DNA of 64,000 nt, from positions 1,391 through 65,390 of IMG/VR virus record IMGVR_UViG_3300031998_000076. One strand, given 5' to 3'. The position numbers and the translations under genes were made by a program. The notes under the pieces are model-generated. The model did no database searches. It was given only the letters and a program-made list of their open reading frames with translations, and was not told where the DNA came from. Source of the stretch: a virus. Taxonomy: Duplodnaviria; Caudoviricetes. Shown one piece after another: positions 37,008 through 46,875 of this stretch (position 1 is the stretch's first letter; each line of letters begins with the position of its first letter).

Positions 37008-38321
37008 TTAGGTCTGCACGTCAACGGTGATCGAAATGGATTCGACAGAACCGGACAGGCAAAGCAGGACCGTGATCGGCATCGCCTTGTGAGCAATCCG
37101 ATCCTCTTCGGTCTGAATGTCAAAGGAATCGACAAACTCCGCATGGCCATGCTCAACAAAGTCACCTTTTTCGATCATCCCGTCGATGGAAGCACCGCGC
37201 CACTGGTTGGTTTCCAGGACGCCGATGTTGTAATAACCATCCAGGATGTCATGGATCTCATTGATGAAAATGGCACTCGTGCTGTCAACCTGCGGCAGTT
37301 TCGTCGCGCTGTTCGCAATCAGCTCATAAATGGCCTGCTGGATCTCGAACGTCATCCGGTCGACATACAGAGTTTCATCAAAGCGCATACCATTGGAAGT
37401 GGCGCCATTCTCGACAAACGCCCTGGCCCTGGTGCGCTGGACATAAACATTGCCGTTGACTTCCTTGATGGATTCAACCTCTGTCTGAGTGAGGTTGTTC
37501 GCAGTCGCAGAAGCAACAGACTTGTAACAAAGGGCAAACGCGCTGTTCCGGTTCACCCTGGAAAGACCCATCGCGGCGCCCATCAGACCGGCGGCGTCAT
37601 CGATGGAAGAGGTGCAGTACAGACCAACGGCCCGACCGACCTTGGAAGCGGCACTTGCGGCCTGCATGGTGGCGAAAATGCCGGAATCGTCGATAGCATC
37701 CGCAACGGTTCCAGCAAATCCGTAGAACACCACTCCGCGATTCTGGGAATCAAACGCACTCGCGATGCCCGCGATATAACGATTGATATTGGAAGTGGTT
37801 TCATCGGCCTTAGGAATGTAATACGCCGCGTAGAACTCTGCTCCGCGGTCGATAGCATCCAGCATGGCCTCGGCCGGAGATTCATTGACCGTAGTGACTT
37901 CATCCCACTTGGAGGAATCCCATGCTCCGGTCGTAGAATTGGTTTTGCAGCAATACAGTTTCGTTACGGTGCTTTCCGTATGCTTGCAATAATCTCCGAC
38001 ATTGTAAGTGTGAGCAGAATCATACTCAACTGCGGCATCCGCAGCGGCAGGATTCGCGAAATAATAGATCATGACAACCTTGCTGGGCGCAGGATCTACA
38101 CCGAAATACTTCGCGGCCGCCTTGTACTCATCGGAGGTGGTCTGGAATCCGTCCGCTACCATAGCGGCAAGGGACGTGTATTCCTTGTACCTATTGGACA
38201 TGTCAAAGTAACCGCTGACAGGCGTAGATCCAAGAATCGCGCCGACATCAAAAACACCCACAGATGCCGTTGATGTTCCCACACGGACGTCAATCTGAAC
38301 AATAGGATCAATATTAAGCAT
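37008..38321 (-). CDS. Tail sheath protein (DUF3383-like)
   Basis: Y.SL..M.ADGF.TTSDEYKAA..YF...PAPSKV; GNVYV, ENGATSNG..FDE, GSVESI.ITVDVQ. Confidence 0.88.
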   Translation of the reverse strand: MLNIDPIVQIDVRVGTSTASVGVFDVGAILGSTPVSGYFDMSNRYKEYTSLAAMVADGFQTTSDEYKAAAKYFGVDPAPSKVVMIYYFANPAAADAAVEYDSAHTYNVGDYCKHTESTVTKLYCCKTNSTTGAWDSSKWDEVTTVNESPAEAMLDAIDRGAEFYAAYYIPKADETTSNINRYIAGIASAFDSQNRGVVFYGFAGTVADAIDDSGIFATMQAASAASKVGRAVGLYCTSSIDDAAGLMGAAMGLSRVNRNSAFALCYKSVASATANNLTQTEVESIKEVNGNVYVQRTRARAFVENGATSNGMRFDETLYVDRMTFEIQQAIYELIANSATKLPQVDSTSAIFINEIHDILDGYYNIGVLETNQWRGASIDGMIEKGDFVEHGHAEFVDSFDIQTEEDRIAHKAMPITVLLCLSGSVESISITVDVQT

Positions 38322-38350
38322 CCTTTTCATCCTTTCTGATGCGAAAAGCA

Positions 38351-38911
38351 TCAATTATTCGTCTGCGGTTGAATCACAATCACAGGCGGAGAATCGACCT
38401 CGGAACTGATGTGTTCTGAGATGTCGAGATATGCGAGGTTAACGCGCACGTCGCTCCTGCGCCTTTGGTATGTGCCTTCAACCTCATACAAAGATATTGG
38501 ACGTGCAGGTGTTCCGATCGGAGCAATCCGCTTACTTCGTAATATTGCCCTCGGACTATTCACGCCATTATCCCATTGAAACATAGACCAGAACCGCTCA
38601 GCGTCATCATCCGCGCTCGGTCCGTAGAACGTACACAAAACGCTCGCATGAACAGTTTTCGTGATCTGTGTTTTCGTGATTCCGTTGCTTTTGATCTGCT
38701 TTTGCATGATATAATCCTGATCCCCTCCGCCCTGCGGAGTTTCAACATTGAAATAACACACATTCACATTTCTCGGCGCCTGGGGAGTCATCGTGTCCTC
38801 GACATAAGCCGGAACGAACCTGTCCAGCCCTTCCCGGCTCTCAGGATCTAAGCCAAAGGACGCGCATAAGGCTTCATATATGCCATCTCTGACAGTTTCA
38901 TACCATCCCAT
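38351..38911 (-). CDS. Neck/tail terminator protein
   Basis: LCTFYGPSADDDA, RRSDVRVNL pattern; upstream of the sheath gene. Confidence 0.65.
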   Translation of the reverse strand: MGWYETVRDGIYEALCASFGLDPESREGLDRFVPAYVEDTMTPQAPRNVNVCYFNVETPQGGGDQDYIMQKQIKSNGITKTQITKTVHASVLCTFYGPSADDDAERFWSMFQWDNGVNSPRAILRSKRIAPIGTPARPISLYEVEGTYQRRRSDVRVNLAYLDISEHISSEVDSPPVIVIQPQTNN

Positions 38912-38915
38912 GACA

Positions 38916-39314
38916 TCACTCCCCAGCAACGGAAATCTTGTCCATGATCCTTGTGGCATACGCTTTTGTGAATCCCCATTGCGACCAGTTCTCCACTCTT
39001 GTCACACGCCAGTACAGATCATTGTAAAAAATGATATCTGCCTCGATAATGGAGCTTCCCGTGTTTGATCCTGTCTGAAAAGGGAAAGTCGAATAAACAA
39101 CAATGCTCTCATTCAATAAGTCCTCAGATGTGGACGCCTGATTACTCATTTCCTGAGGCTGGAGATTCCCTGTCGCGTTGTACGTTGTGGGGGTCTTCTT
39201 GTATCCTCCTTTGTCTCTTACAGAGGCATTTCGGATCACCTTGAACTCCTGTCCGCCACCGACTTCAGGATCATCCAGGATAGCGGTTACATTCGGCATC
39301 AGCATTGTTATCAC
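38916..39314 (-). CDS. Head closure/adaptor protein
   Basis: GNLQP, ADII.YN..YWRVTRVENWSQWGFTKAYA. Confidence 0.7.
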   Translation of the reverse strand: MITMLMPNVTAILDDPEVGGGQEFKVIRNASVRDKGGYKKTPTTYNATGNLQPQEMSNQASTSEDLLNESIVVYSTFPFQTGSNTGSSIIEADIIFYNDLYWRVTRVENWSQWGFTKAYATRIMDKISVAGE

Positions 39315-39823
39315 TTCTTCCTTCTTACGGCATAATTGATCGATCCGAGCATAGATCCCGTATCAATCAGAGGTTTGGAAGAACCTTTCATCGCTATTGT
39401 AATAGGAGCATTCGGAGCAAGATTTCCGCCATCAGAAATATAGTTCTTGCAAGCATCTCTGCCTATCATGCCAGCCTTCTCAAAATTATCTTTGGCTTTG
39501 TCTACATCCCCAAAAACAAGAGCGGCTTCTGCCGCCTCCCTCATCAATAGCTCGATTTTATCCTTCACGTCCGCTTGTCCGATCGCCGGTTCCAGTACAG
39601 GTCTTGGAGGAATATTGTTGGAAGGGACTCCTTGCTCATGCAAATAAAGCAGAGAGGAGTTGGTCATGCCATTTTCCCTGGCAACATTCGTTTCCTCAGG
39701 AATACCGACAACCACTTCATTTTCCAGAAAGAATTTCCACCCGAGGATAAGGTTCCATACTATCTCAGCATTTTCTCTGTACTCACCGCTGATAAGAGGC
39801 GCAGCCCCTCTGAAGATGTTCAC
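39311..39823 (-). CDS. Tail completion protein (HK97 gp10-like)
   Basis: HEQG...IPPRPVL, LAPNAPITIAMKGSSKPLIDTGSMLGSINY. Confidence 0.8.
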   Translation of the reverse strand: MNIFRGAAPLISGEYRENAEIVWNLILGWKFFLENEVVVGIPEETNVARENGMTNSSLLYLHEQGVPSNNIPPRPVLEPAIGQADVKDKIELLMREAAEAALVFGDVDKAKDNFEKAGMIGRDACKNYISDGGNLAPNAPITIAMKGSSKPLIDTGSMLGSINYAVRRKK

Positions 39824-39836
39824 AGAGCATCACCCT

Positions 39837-40142
39837 TTACACGGTCAGAACCCAGATGTCGATTGCAGATACCGGATCTGTCGTGCAACCCAGGGTAAGC
39901 GTTCCCTCGGAAGCAGACGTCACAACAACTTTTGCGGTGTCTGCGACAGTTGCCGAACCAGCATCGATTTCCATGCCGACATAAGTGCCGGTATACGCGA
40001 CTTCCGCCGCTTTGGTGTCCCAGTCGGTGGTTTTGATATTCACTTTCTTGGCCTTGAGCATACCCTCATGAACATGATCCTCATGAGCGGCAAAAGGGGA
40101 GTCACCAGAACCACCTACATACCCATTGTGAAAGTATCCCAT
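39837..40142 (-). CDS. Hypothetical virion protein
   Basis: AAAGGAG RBS before MGYFHNG. Confidence 0.6.
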   Translation of the reverse strand: MGYFHNGYVGGSGDSPFAAHEDHVHEGMLKAKKVNIKTTDWDTKAAEVAYTGTYVGMEIDAGSATVADTAKVVVTSASEGTLTLGCTTDPVSAIDIWVLTV

Positions 40143-40158
40143 ATGCGTTTCTCCTTTC

Positions 40159-40566
40159 TTACGGAATATATCGCCCACCCGCGACAGCAATCTTCGCAAG
40201 CCCGATCAACTGCAATCCGAACTCCGTCTGTTTCCATTCGGCATAACCGGAAAGACCGGAAGTCGCAGATCCTTCAGACTTGGAAACGCTGACTCCGCCG
40301 ACACTTTTGGAAAGCGCCTGCGCGGAAACACCAGCTCCGGCCAGCCTTGACATGGCAACGGCAGGAGATTCTCCGTCTTTGGGAACAGGGGCATACGTCT
40401 GCGCGTAAAGAGTGAGCTTATGTGCTACATAGAGCCTGCGAGCCTCTTCTGCTGCATCACAGAACTCCTGGAACCGCTTGTTCGCCTGATCAACATAAGT
40501 ATCGGCCACAATCCCTGGGATTGCTGTAAACTGAGGATAGAATGCCAGGAAATCTCCTAACGTCAC
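40159..40566 (-). CDS. Head-tail connector (DUF4054-like)
   Basis: FLAFYPQF, LYVAHKLTL, SKSVGGVSVS, WKQTEFGLQL. Confidence 0.8.
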   Translation of the reverse strand: MTLGDFLAFYPQFTAIPGIVADTYVDQANKRFQEFCDAAEEARRLYVAHKLTLYAQTYAPVPKDGESPAVAMSRLAGAGVSAQALSKSVGGVSVSKSEGSATSGLSGYAEWKQTEFGLQLIGLAKIAVAGGRYIP

Positions 40567-40961
40567 TTGACATCATCCTTCTTGGTTTTCCTGGTCCTGG
40601 TCTTGATCAGTTTCTCAGGCACTTCCGCCGCTTCCGTAATTTCCTTTTCAACGGCCTCAGATTTCTCTTCAGCCCTTCCGTCTGCGGCCACACCCTTCAT
40701 AGGATCATTCTCACCCTGTTTCATGGTGATCTGCTGCTCCGCGACCTTGATAGATCCGTCTGCAAGCAGCCAGCGGAACATGATCGTTTCCTTGATCCAG
40801 GCAGGAGCTTCGATAAAAATGCCGATTTTGTCAGGAGTCACGCGGAAGACTTCGCCCTTGAAAGGCCCGAACTCCGCACTCACATAACAAATCATCAGGA
40901 ATTTATCCATGTTTCCTCCTTTCCAGGGAAAGGGAGGGCACCGAAATGCCCTCCCGCCCAC
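40563..40961 (-). CDS. Hypothetical head-associated protein
   Basis: ORF track; APAWIKETIMFRWLLADGSI; true start probably at MDKFL. Confidence 0.65.
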   Translation of the reverse strand: MGGRAFRCPPFPWKGGNMDKFLMICYVSAEFGPFKGEVFRVTPDKIGIFIEAPAWIKETIMFRWLLADGSIKVAEQQITMKQGENDPMKGVAADGRAEEKSEAVEKEITEAAEVPEKLIKTRTRKTKKDDVK

Positions 40962-40966
40962 ATCGA

Positions 40967-41938
40967 TTAGATGCCGTCCACGTAATAAACGGTGGTCGGA
41001 TAGTTGAACTCGACCTCAGACACCTGGGCAACATAGGGAACCTTGAAGGCGAGATCCGCCATCTCGGTGTTGAGCCGGCGTAGAGGAGCGGTCTGATGAT
41101 ACCGGATCTTTTCGACCTGATTGATGTACACAACCATGCGGTCCGCGGAATCCGTGCCAGCATGATAGCAATACTTGCAGGGGAAGATCTCCAGATTCTT
41201 GCCCTGCTGGGCAACAATGTTATTCTCCTTGATGTAAGTCAGGATGGACTTATCACCGGTCGTGCCGACCTTGCGGGTAACGAGCTGACCGAACTGATAC
41301 ACAGGAATCAGGATCTGATTCGGCAGCGCATCATCCGCCATGTCATTGGCAACCCACACAGCAGTCAGGGCATTGTTGAAATCAGCCAGGATCTCATCCG
41401 GGGTCTTGTAATCCCACTGGGTGTCAGAACCACCGGAAGTATGAGCGGCGGCGGCCACACGGGTAACACTCGCGTTGTTCAGCAGACCGGTGGAGGCCAC
41501 CTTGGTGAAGCCCAGATAAACGTTCGTGTCACAGAACCTATCGAACTCCAGGTGGACGCCCTTATTCAGAGTTTCTTCCATGTTCAGGGCAATGTTGCGG
41601 AACTTTTCCTTTTCAATGTAGGACAGCCGCGTATACTGAGCCCAGTTGAAAACACGGGAGATGGTCTTGCCGAAATCGGCCTGCATGACAGGAATATCAT
41701 TGGCCGTGTTGAAGATCAGCGAATTTTCACCGTTGCCGGTGGAAGCATACTGCACATCCACAACGGACACATTCTCGATGAATCCGCCGCCGGTCTTCAC
41801 AGGCATATCACGGGGCCACAGAGTAGAAGTCAGCGGCTCCAGGATCTTAGGATCGCACTTCTCGAGCTGTTTCTCGAGGAAGGCGTAAGCATCATTTACC
41901 ATGCTGTCATTCGCACGGAGACGAGGGAATTTCTTCAT
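40967..41938 (-). CDS. Major capsid protein (DUF2184/HK97 fold)
   Basis: AFLEKQLEKCDP.I.EPL, GLLNN, TPDEILADFN, LPNQILIP, VSEVEFNYP.TVYYVDGI. Confidence 0.9.
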   Translation of the reverse strand: MKKFPRLRANDSMVNDAYAFLEKQLEKCDPKILEPLTSTLWPRDMPVKTGGGFIENVSVVDVQYASTGNGENSLIFNTANDIPVMQADFGKTISRVFNWAQYTRLSYIEKEKFRNIALNMEETLNKGVHLEFDRFCDTNVYLGFTKVASTGLLNNASVTRVAAAAHTSGGSDTQWDYKTPDEILADFNNALTAVWVANDMADDALPNQILIPVYQFGQLVTRKVGTTGDKSILTYIKENNIVAQQGKNLEIFPCKYCYHAGTDSADRMVVYINQVEKIRYHQTAPLRRLNTEMADLAFKVPYVAQVSEVEFNYPTTVYYVDGI

Positions 41939-41959
41939 GTCGCTTCACACTCCTTTCTC

Positions 41960-42424
41960 TTAATAAGCCCGTTCGGTCAGAACGATTTCAGCGACATTGT
42001 TGGCATCCTTGCCGCCCTTGAACTTCCAATTGGCCATTTCGACCGTGTTGGAAGAATCAGCAGAGGTGCGGATCGCGCCAGTCGCCTTCACGACATAAAC
42101 TTTGCCCCCAGCAGAGGGAGAACCATTGGAAACCAGGACAGAGACGGTGCCGCGCTTCAGCACGTCCACCATTTCCTTGGCTTTGTAAGCGGGATCTCCG
42201 CCGCCATAGGTTTCCTCTGTCTTTACGGTGCGAACCGCGATACCGATGATATCGTAATGATCCGCAGAGGGATTGATTACAGCGCCATTGTACAGGGCAA
42301 CAGGAGTGCCGAAAGCAATGGACGCAGTAGCTTCGCCATTGACAATGGATTCGATGATGTCATCGATGCTCCGGGAGATGGTCCCCGGCCAACCATTAGT
42401 CCAGGTAAGAACTTTTCCAGCCAT
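41960..42424 (-). CDS. Head decoration/cement protein
   Basis: GWPGTISRS, IAFGTPV, IIGIAVR, DVLKRGTVSV; lies between protease and capsid. Confidence 0.75.
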   Translation of the reverse strand: MAGKVLTWTNGWPGTISRSIDDIIESIVNGEATASIAFGTPVALYNGAVINPSADHYDIIGIAVRTVKTEETYGGGDPAYKAKEMVDVLKRGTVSVLVSNGSPSAGGKVYVVKATGAIRTSADSSNTVEMANWKFKGGKDANNVAEIVLTERAY

Positions 42425-42440
42425 GTTTCATCTTCCTTTC

Positions 42441-43730
42441 TTATTTATTCTTGTACTGAGGATTGCGCTTGGCCATGATCGCCTTGCCGATATCGGCAGG
42501 ATCATTCTTGCTGTCAGCAGCCTTATGCGGCTTCTTCAGCGCGATGTAGCCATTCTTGCGCGGCCGGGCATCCAGCCCGGAAACCTTTCGAATCTGCTCG
42601 ACAGCCTTGTCAGAGGCCTTCTTGCGCATGGAGGGAGGAAGCTGGGCGATAATAGGTTTCACAACCTTCAGGGCAGCCCTGGCGGCATCACAAGCCCTCT
42701 TGTCCTTCGCGGGACCGCAGTCCTCTTCCATCGGGAAGTCTTCCTCTTCCTCTTCGATCACTTCATCTTCATCCTGCTCATTGATCTGTTCAGGATCAAC
42801 AAAGTGCGCTTCCGGTTCCTGAGGATCTTCATCGGGAGCAATGATCTCTTCCTGTTCTTCCTCAGCTTCCGGCTGCTGTCCGCCGATCTCATCCAGATCC
42901 TGCTCGAGTTTCTCCAGAGGATCAATCTCGGGCTCTTCATCAGCGGCACCCAGCTTCGCCTCAATCGCGTCGAGCCGATCCAGGATCTTCTGAATCATAG
43001 GATCTTCATCCTTGGTTTCTTCAGGAGCCGGAACAGGCGTTTCCACTTCTTCGGTGGTGATGTCTTCAATGGCATCAACAGCCTCTTCCAGCTCTTCGGG
43101 GTCCGCGTCAACGGCCCACTTGGCCAGCATTTTGGCAAGAATCTTACTATGGTTCTTCTTCGCCATTTTCTGATTTCTCCTTTCATTGATTGCAGGGGCA
43201 GAGTCCTTTATACAAACCCGGTGACCAGCACGCCCTTTGTCCACAATGGCGATGTGATTACCGCGGATTTGCCGTTGAGTAAGTTTCCCGTCTTCTTCAT
43301 CCAGGACATAGTTGTAACCGCATGAAATCTCACGCTTTCCGTCCATGATTTCCTGGATTGTCTGAGGATCTGTGATCAGCAGATCAGCAATCAGAAGATC
43401 TTTGTCTTTGCCTGTGCCTCTCCGCACGTTCTGACAATGACCTTTCTGCAAAAAACTGATATTGTCTGCCGTGACACCTTCCTCTGAATCGGGATGATCA
43501 TTGGTAACAGGCATCCCTTCAAACGATGCCATAGTTGCCGGAGAGAACACTTCTTCTTCAGGACGGAACACCGTGACAGTTTTTTCACCTCTCTGTCCGA
43601 TTTCATCCTGGAGATACTGCTGAGTGCCGGATCTCGCAATCGGCACATTGACACAGATCAGATAACCCTCCGGTTCTCTCTTGCGGATGTTATCCGAGAT
43701 CTTGTCTGCATAGTAGAGCACCTTCATCAC
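42441..43730 (-). CDS. DUF2213 prohead protease/scaffold
   Basis: EGYLICVNVPIARSGTQQY, FSPATMASFEGMPVTNDHP, GKREISCGY, IRGNHIAIVDKGRAG; acidic scaffold C-terminus. Confidence 0.9.
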   Translation of the reverse strand: MMKVLYYADKISDNIRKREPEGYLICVNVPIARSGTQQYLQDEIGQRGEKTVTVFRPEEEVFSPATMASFEGMPVTNDHPDSEEGVTADNISFLQKGHCQNVRRGTGKDKDLLIADLLITDPQTIQEIMDGKREISCGYNYVLDEEDGKLTQRQIRGNHIAIVDKGRAGHRVCIKDSAPAINERRNQKMAKKNHSKILAKMLAKWAVDADPEELEEAVDAIEDITTEEVETPVPAPEETKDEDPMIQKILDRLDAIEAKLGAADEEPEIDPLEKLEQDLDEIGGQQPEAEEEQEEIIAPDEDPQEPEAHFVDPEQINEQDEDEVIEEEEEDFPMEEDCGPAKDKRACDAARAALKVVKPIIAQLPPSMRKKASDKAVEQIRKVSGLDARPRKNGYIALKKPHKAADSKNDPADIGKAIMAKRNPQYKNK

Positions 43731-43752
43731 CTCTCAAAAAGAGCATAAGAAT

Positions 43753-43776
43753 AGCGCCCCGGTCATCCGGGACGCT
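43753..43776 (-). terminator. Hairpin after cassette 1
   Basis: AGCGTCCCGG-ATGA-CCGGGGCGCT followed by ATTCTT. Confidence 0.6.
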
Positions 43777-43783
43777 TGTTCTG

Positions 43784-43981
43784 TCAGTTGTAATCGTTCG
43801 GGAAACTGTACGTTCCTGTGAATCCATTTTTACGGTTCTCCAGGATAGATTCTTCGAGGCTTTTGTAATACTCCTTCTCTTCCTGACTGTAACTTTCAGG
43901 AGGCCCTTTCTTCCCCGTTTTGAGCCTCGCTGTCACCGTCTGAAAGATCTGATTCATTCTTCTGCCATCCATCCAAATCAC
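43784..43981 (-). CDS. Small protein, candidate antitoxin/immunity for the zeta-like toxin
   Basis: GAGGGAGG RBS; own promoter at 43992-44021; directly downstream of the toxin gene. Confidence 0.6.
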   Translation of the reverse strand: MIWMDGRRMNQIFQTVTARLKTGKKGPPESYSQEEKEYYKSLEESILENRKNGFTGTYSFPNDYN

Positions 43982-43991
43982 CTCCCTCAGA

Positions 43992-44021
43992 AATATACCG
44001 CCTCATGCGTCCTATTGTCAA
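43992..44021 (-). promoter_or_regulatory. Internal sigma-A promoter for the 65-aa gene
   Basis: TTGACA, 18 bp, TATATT; shares TTGACAATAGGACG with 15992-16005. Confidence 0.6.
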
Positions 44022-44024
44022 CAA

Positions 44025-46523
44025 TCATTCTTTTGCTTTTTTGCGGAATGCACGATAAAGTTTCCTGTTAATAACATGGATTGGCCCGCCTTTATCACAA
44101 ACGGCAATCAAGACAGGCTTTCCTCCCTGATCCGTATCATACAATTCACAATGATCCATTTTCTTAGCAACACGAGGGAAGATTTTACTGACTTCCTTGT
44201 GAATATTCCTTACAGTTTCCGGTTGAACAAGTCTGCCATATTTATCTGTTTTTGACCTTCCGACGCTTCTTTCAACGGCTTTCTCAGTAGGACAGGTAAC
44301 ATATACACCATTTACGGCATATCCATTGTCCTGGGCCTGTTTGATCTTTTTCAGCATACTTTCGATGTTTCCGTCGCCGGTTCCATCAAGCGTAAAACTA
44401 TACCCATTCGCAATCGCAGCCTGCATGGCCCTCTTCGCGAGAGATGAACTTTCCTCATGAGCATAAGAGGCAGCACTTTCATGTTCATCTGAAAACGCCG
44501 TATCCGTATACTCAGGAAGACTTTCTTTCAGTTTGTCCGCGTCAATAACAGGAGAATCCTCCGCGCTTGGGAAGTCCACTCCGGAATCAGGACCCTGGAT
44601 TGTTCCTTTCCCAGCAGCAGAACCACCTCCAAGGAAAGTCGCTACTTTCTTTCCGTCCGCAGGTTTTCTCGCTTTCTCAAACAGTTTTGAAATAATCTTC
44701 TGATGGAGTTCCTCACGTTCTGAAGTAAGGACAAGCCTGCCATCCTGCGTTTCTACACAATGCTCAGACAATGTGTTATAAACCATATCGTCAGGATTTT
44801 TCTTTGCTATGTCCTTTGGATCTATGCCTGTAACACCGGAACCTTTTGACAGAACCCCAACAGGTTTCCCCGCGGAAAGAATCCTTCCTTTCTCATCTTT
44901 CTGAACAGAAGTATATTCCTTTGAAGCGTTCCCTTTCTCTTTGGGATATGATGCTTTCCCATCATTTCTGTCAATATTGTTCTGAATGCTCTCATCCATA
45001 GAAACTCTCTTGCCAGTATAATCATCTCCAGGATTATGCTCAAGCTGGGCAAACTGCCTCTTTGCAGTCCAATAAGCATCTTTGCCGGATGCGGTCTTTT
45101 TTGGAACACAGAACTCTCCGATTGCATCTGTCGGTACTCCTTTCCCGGCTTCTGCGATGTCTGCAGCAAGAGCTCCTGGACTGTAAACCGTCTGAGATCC
45201 ATCTACCTTACTTATGAAAGTAAGCGAACCATCAGCATTTTTGATTGCCCAGTCGTAGTTTTTCTTCTTTCCAGGAGTTTTCCACCGAAATGCCGTTCCT
45301 GGTGCCATATCTGTCAGGAACTTCTCTACATCCTCACTTGTTTTGCACTTCTCGCTGAAATCCTTCATCATCCTGTCAGAAGAGCTCGCGTCCCTTTTTA
45401 AAGATCCATGTTCTGTTTTTTCTGAAGTGCCATACGGTTCACCCTCTGACGGAGGCTCTTTCCCTCCCTCTTCCATAGGACTTTCTTTGTCCCTCTTCTC
45501 CTTTTCTGACTGAAGCACCTTGTCGAACTCGTCAAGCTGATCAGAGAACCAGTCATCCCACAGCGGATCTTCGATTCCTGCCTGAGAAATGAAATGCTCA
45601 TCACGCCAATGCTCAAGAGTCTGCTCACCGCGCTCGATAAACTCATCTCTGCTTTCTGCCTGATTCACCCAATGAAGATCATTGGAAAGATCTCTTACAA
45701 GTCCGCTTTCAAAAGGATACTCAGGATCTATTCTTTTCCGAAGTTCTTTTACGATGGAATCAACATACTCTTTCATCGGAGGAGAAATTTCGGACGATTT
45801 CCCAGTTTCTTGCGGAGGCAGCTTGTTCACTTTTGCGAACATTTTTTTTACGTCCTCAGGAGAATAATGAGAAGCGGGCATCATAACCCGTTGTCCACCA
45901 TTATCAGAATAGGCAACATAATAATCTCTCTTCCGGCCAGCTTCCTCCTGCTGAACCATCTTCACCTGAATGCTTTCCAGTTCTTTTTGTTTTTTCTCAA
46001 GATCCATTTTCCCATTATGATTGTACCTTGCTCCTGTTCCATGACCAGCACGCGCAAGTTCTTCTGTTCCTTTTCCCCATATTAAATTGCTTCCCGTCAT
46101 GTTTCCATGAGGATTAAAACCATTGATGAACTCAATTTCTCCAGGTTTTGCTTTGCTCAAGATCTGATTGACATAGTTCTCATTTACTTCACTTTTCCCC
46201 AAATTCCCACTGTACCATGTGGCAACCTCACTTTCAAAACCATTTGGCGTCTTGCGAATTGTCTCTGTCTCCTGACGTCCTTTCGGATCTGTTCTGACCC
46301 ATTTGAACGATTCCCCAGTCTTCATTTCCTTTGGATTTGGAGCAGATCCGCCGGCACCTTTCTTTGCAGATCCTCCGCGTTTACCAGGACGTCCTTTGTG
46401 ACCATGGTTTCCACTTCCAGGTCCACCATCCTCGATATTCGCATTGATCAGCGCTTCTGCCGTGTCTGCCGTGAGACAACCGTCTTTTGCCAGCCTCCGG
46501 AGAAGCCGGATGTATTTACTCAT
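44025..46523 (-). CDS. GGPGSGN-tagged effector with C-terminal zeta-toxin-like P-loop kinase
   Basis: Tag at 46368-46430; FLGGGSAAGKGT, VIDADKLKESLPEY, AHEESSSLAK, FTLDGTG, AVERSVGR. Confidence 0.82.
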   Translation of the reverse strand: MSKYIRLLRRLAKDGCLTADTAEALINANIEDGGPGSGNHGHKGRPGKRGGSAKKGAGGSAPNPKEMKTGESFKWVRTDPKGRQETETIRKTPNGFESEVATWYSGNLGKSEVNENYVNQILSKAKPGEIEFINGFNPHGNMTGSNLIWGKGTEELARAGHGTGARYNHNGKMDLEKKQKELESIQVKMVQQEEAGRKRDYYVAYSDNGGQRVMMPASHYSPEDVKKMFAKVNKLPPQETGKSSEISPPMKEYVDSIVKELRKRIDPEYPFESGLVRDLSNDLHWVNQAESRDEFIERGEQTLEHWRDEHFISQAGIEDPLWDDWFSDQLDEFDKVLQSEKEKRDKESPMEEGGKEPPSEGEPYGTSEKTEHGSLKRDASSSDRMMKDFSEKCKTSEDVEKFLTDMAPGTAFRWKTPGKKKNYDWAIKNADGSLTFISKVDGSQTVYSPGALAADIAEAGKGVPTDAIGEFCVPKKTASGKDAYWTAKRQFAQLEHNPGDDYTGKRVSMDESIQNNIDRNDGKASYPKEKGNASKEYTSVQKDEKGRILSAGKPVGVLSKGSGVTGIDPKDIAKKNPDDMVYNTLSEHCVETQDGRLVLTSEREELHQKIISKLFEKARKPADGKKVATFLGGGSAAGKGTIQGPDSGVDFPSAEDSPVIDADKLKESLPEYTDTAFSDEHESAASYAHEESSSLAKRAMQAAIANGYSFTLDGTGDGNIESMLKKIKQAQDNGYAVNGVYVTCPTEKAVERSVGRSKTDKYGRLVQPETVRNIHKEVSKIFPRVAKKMDHCELYDTDQGGKPVLIAVCDKGGPIHVINRKLYRAFRKKAKE

Positions 46524-46550
46524 ATTTTGCCCTCCTTCGGCATAATAAAA

Positions 46551-46568
46551 GCCCGACTTTCGTCAGGC
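46551..46568 (-). terminator. Hairpin after cassette 2
   Basis: GCCTGAC-GAAA-GTCGGGC followed by TTTTATT. Confidence 0.7.
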
Positions 46569-46575
46569 CTTCCTG

Positions 46576-46872
46576 TTACCGGATCGGAATCAATTCGGAT
46601 TCCCATCCTTTCAATGTGGACTCATCATCTTCATACCCGTACTTTTCATCCAGGAACCTCATGTACGCATGAGCCTCTTTGTCCGTCATCAACCTCGGTT
46701 TCTTGCCAAACATCAGGAACGTCGGCAAACTGCTCTCCGTAGGTTCTCTCGGATCTTCCATGTACAACTGCCAGATCTCGCATCCCTTCCAATTTGGAAG
46801 ATTCTCAATGAACCTGGCGCCCTCCTTTTTCGCGAACTTAATTGCTTCGCCAAGATGCTCCACAAGAATCAC
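46576..46872 (-). CDS. Small protein, candidate immunity for the papain-like toxin
   Basis: GGAGGTGA RBS; start 4 bp from the toxin stop. Confidence 0.65.
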   Translation of the reverse strand: MILVEHLGEAIKFAKKEGARFIENLPNWKGCEIWQLYMEDPREPTESSLPTFLMFGKKPRLMTDKEAHAYMRFLDEKYGYEDDESTLKGWESELIPIR

Positions 46873-46875
46873 CTC

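Noticed and set aside
19205-43325. Long plus-strand ORFs (19205-20719, 25273-26535, 27679-28923, 36927-38273, 41096-42478, 42273-43325)
   Set aside because: They are antisense shadows of well-supported structural genes, with no RBS or recognisable motifs.
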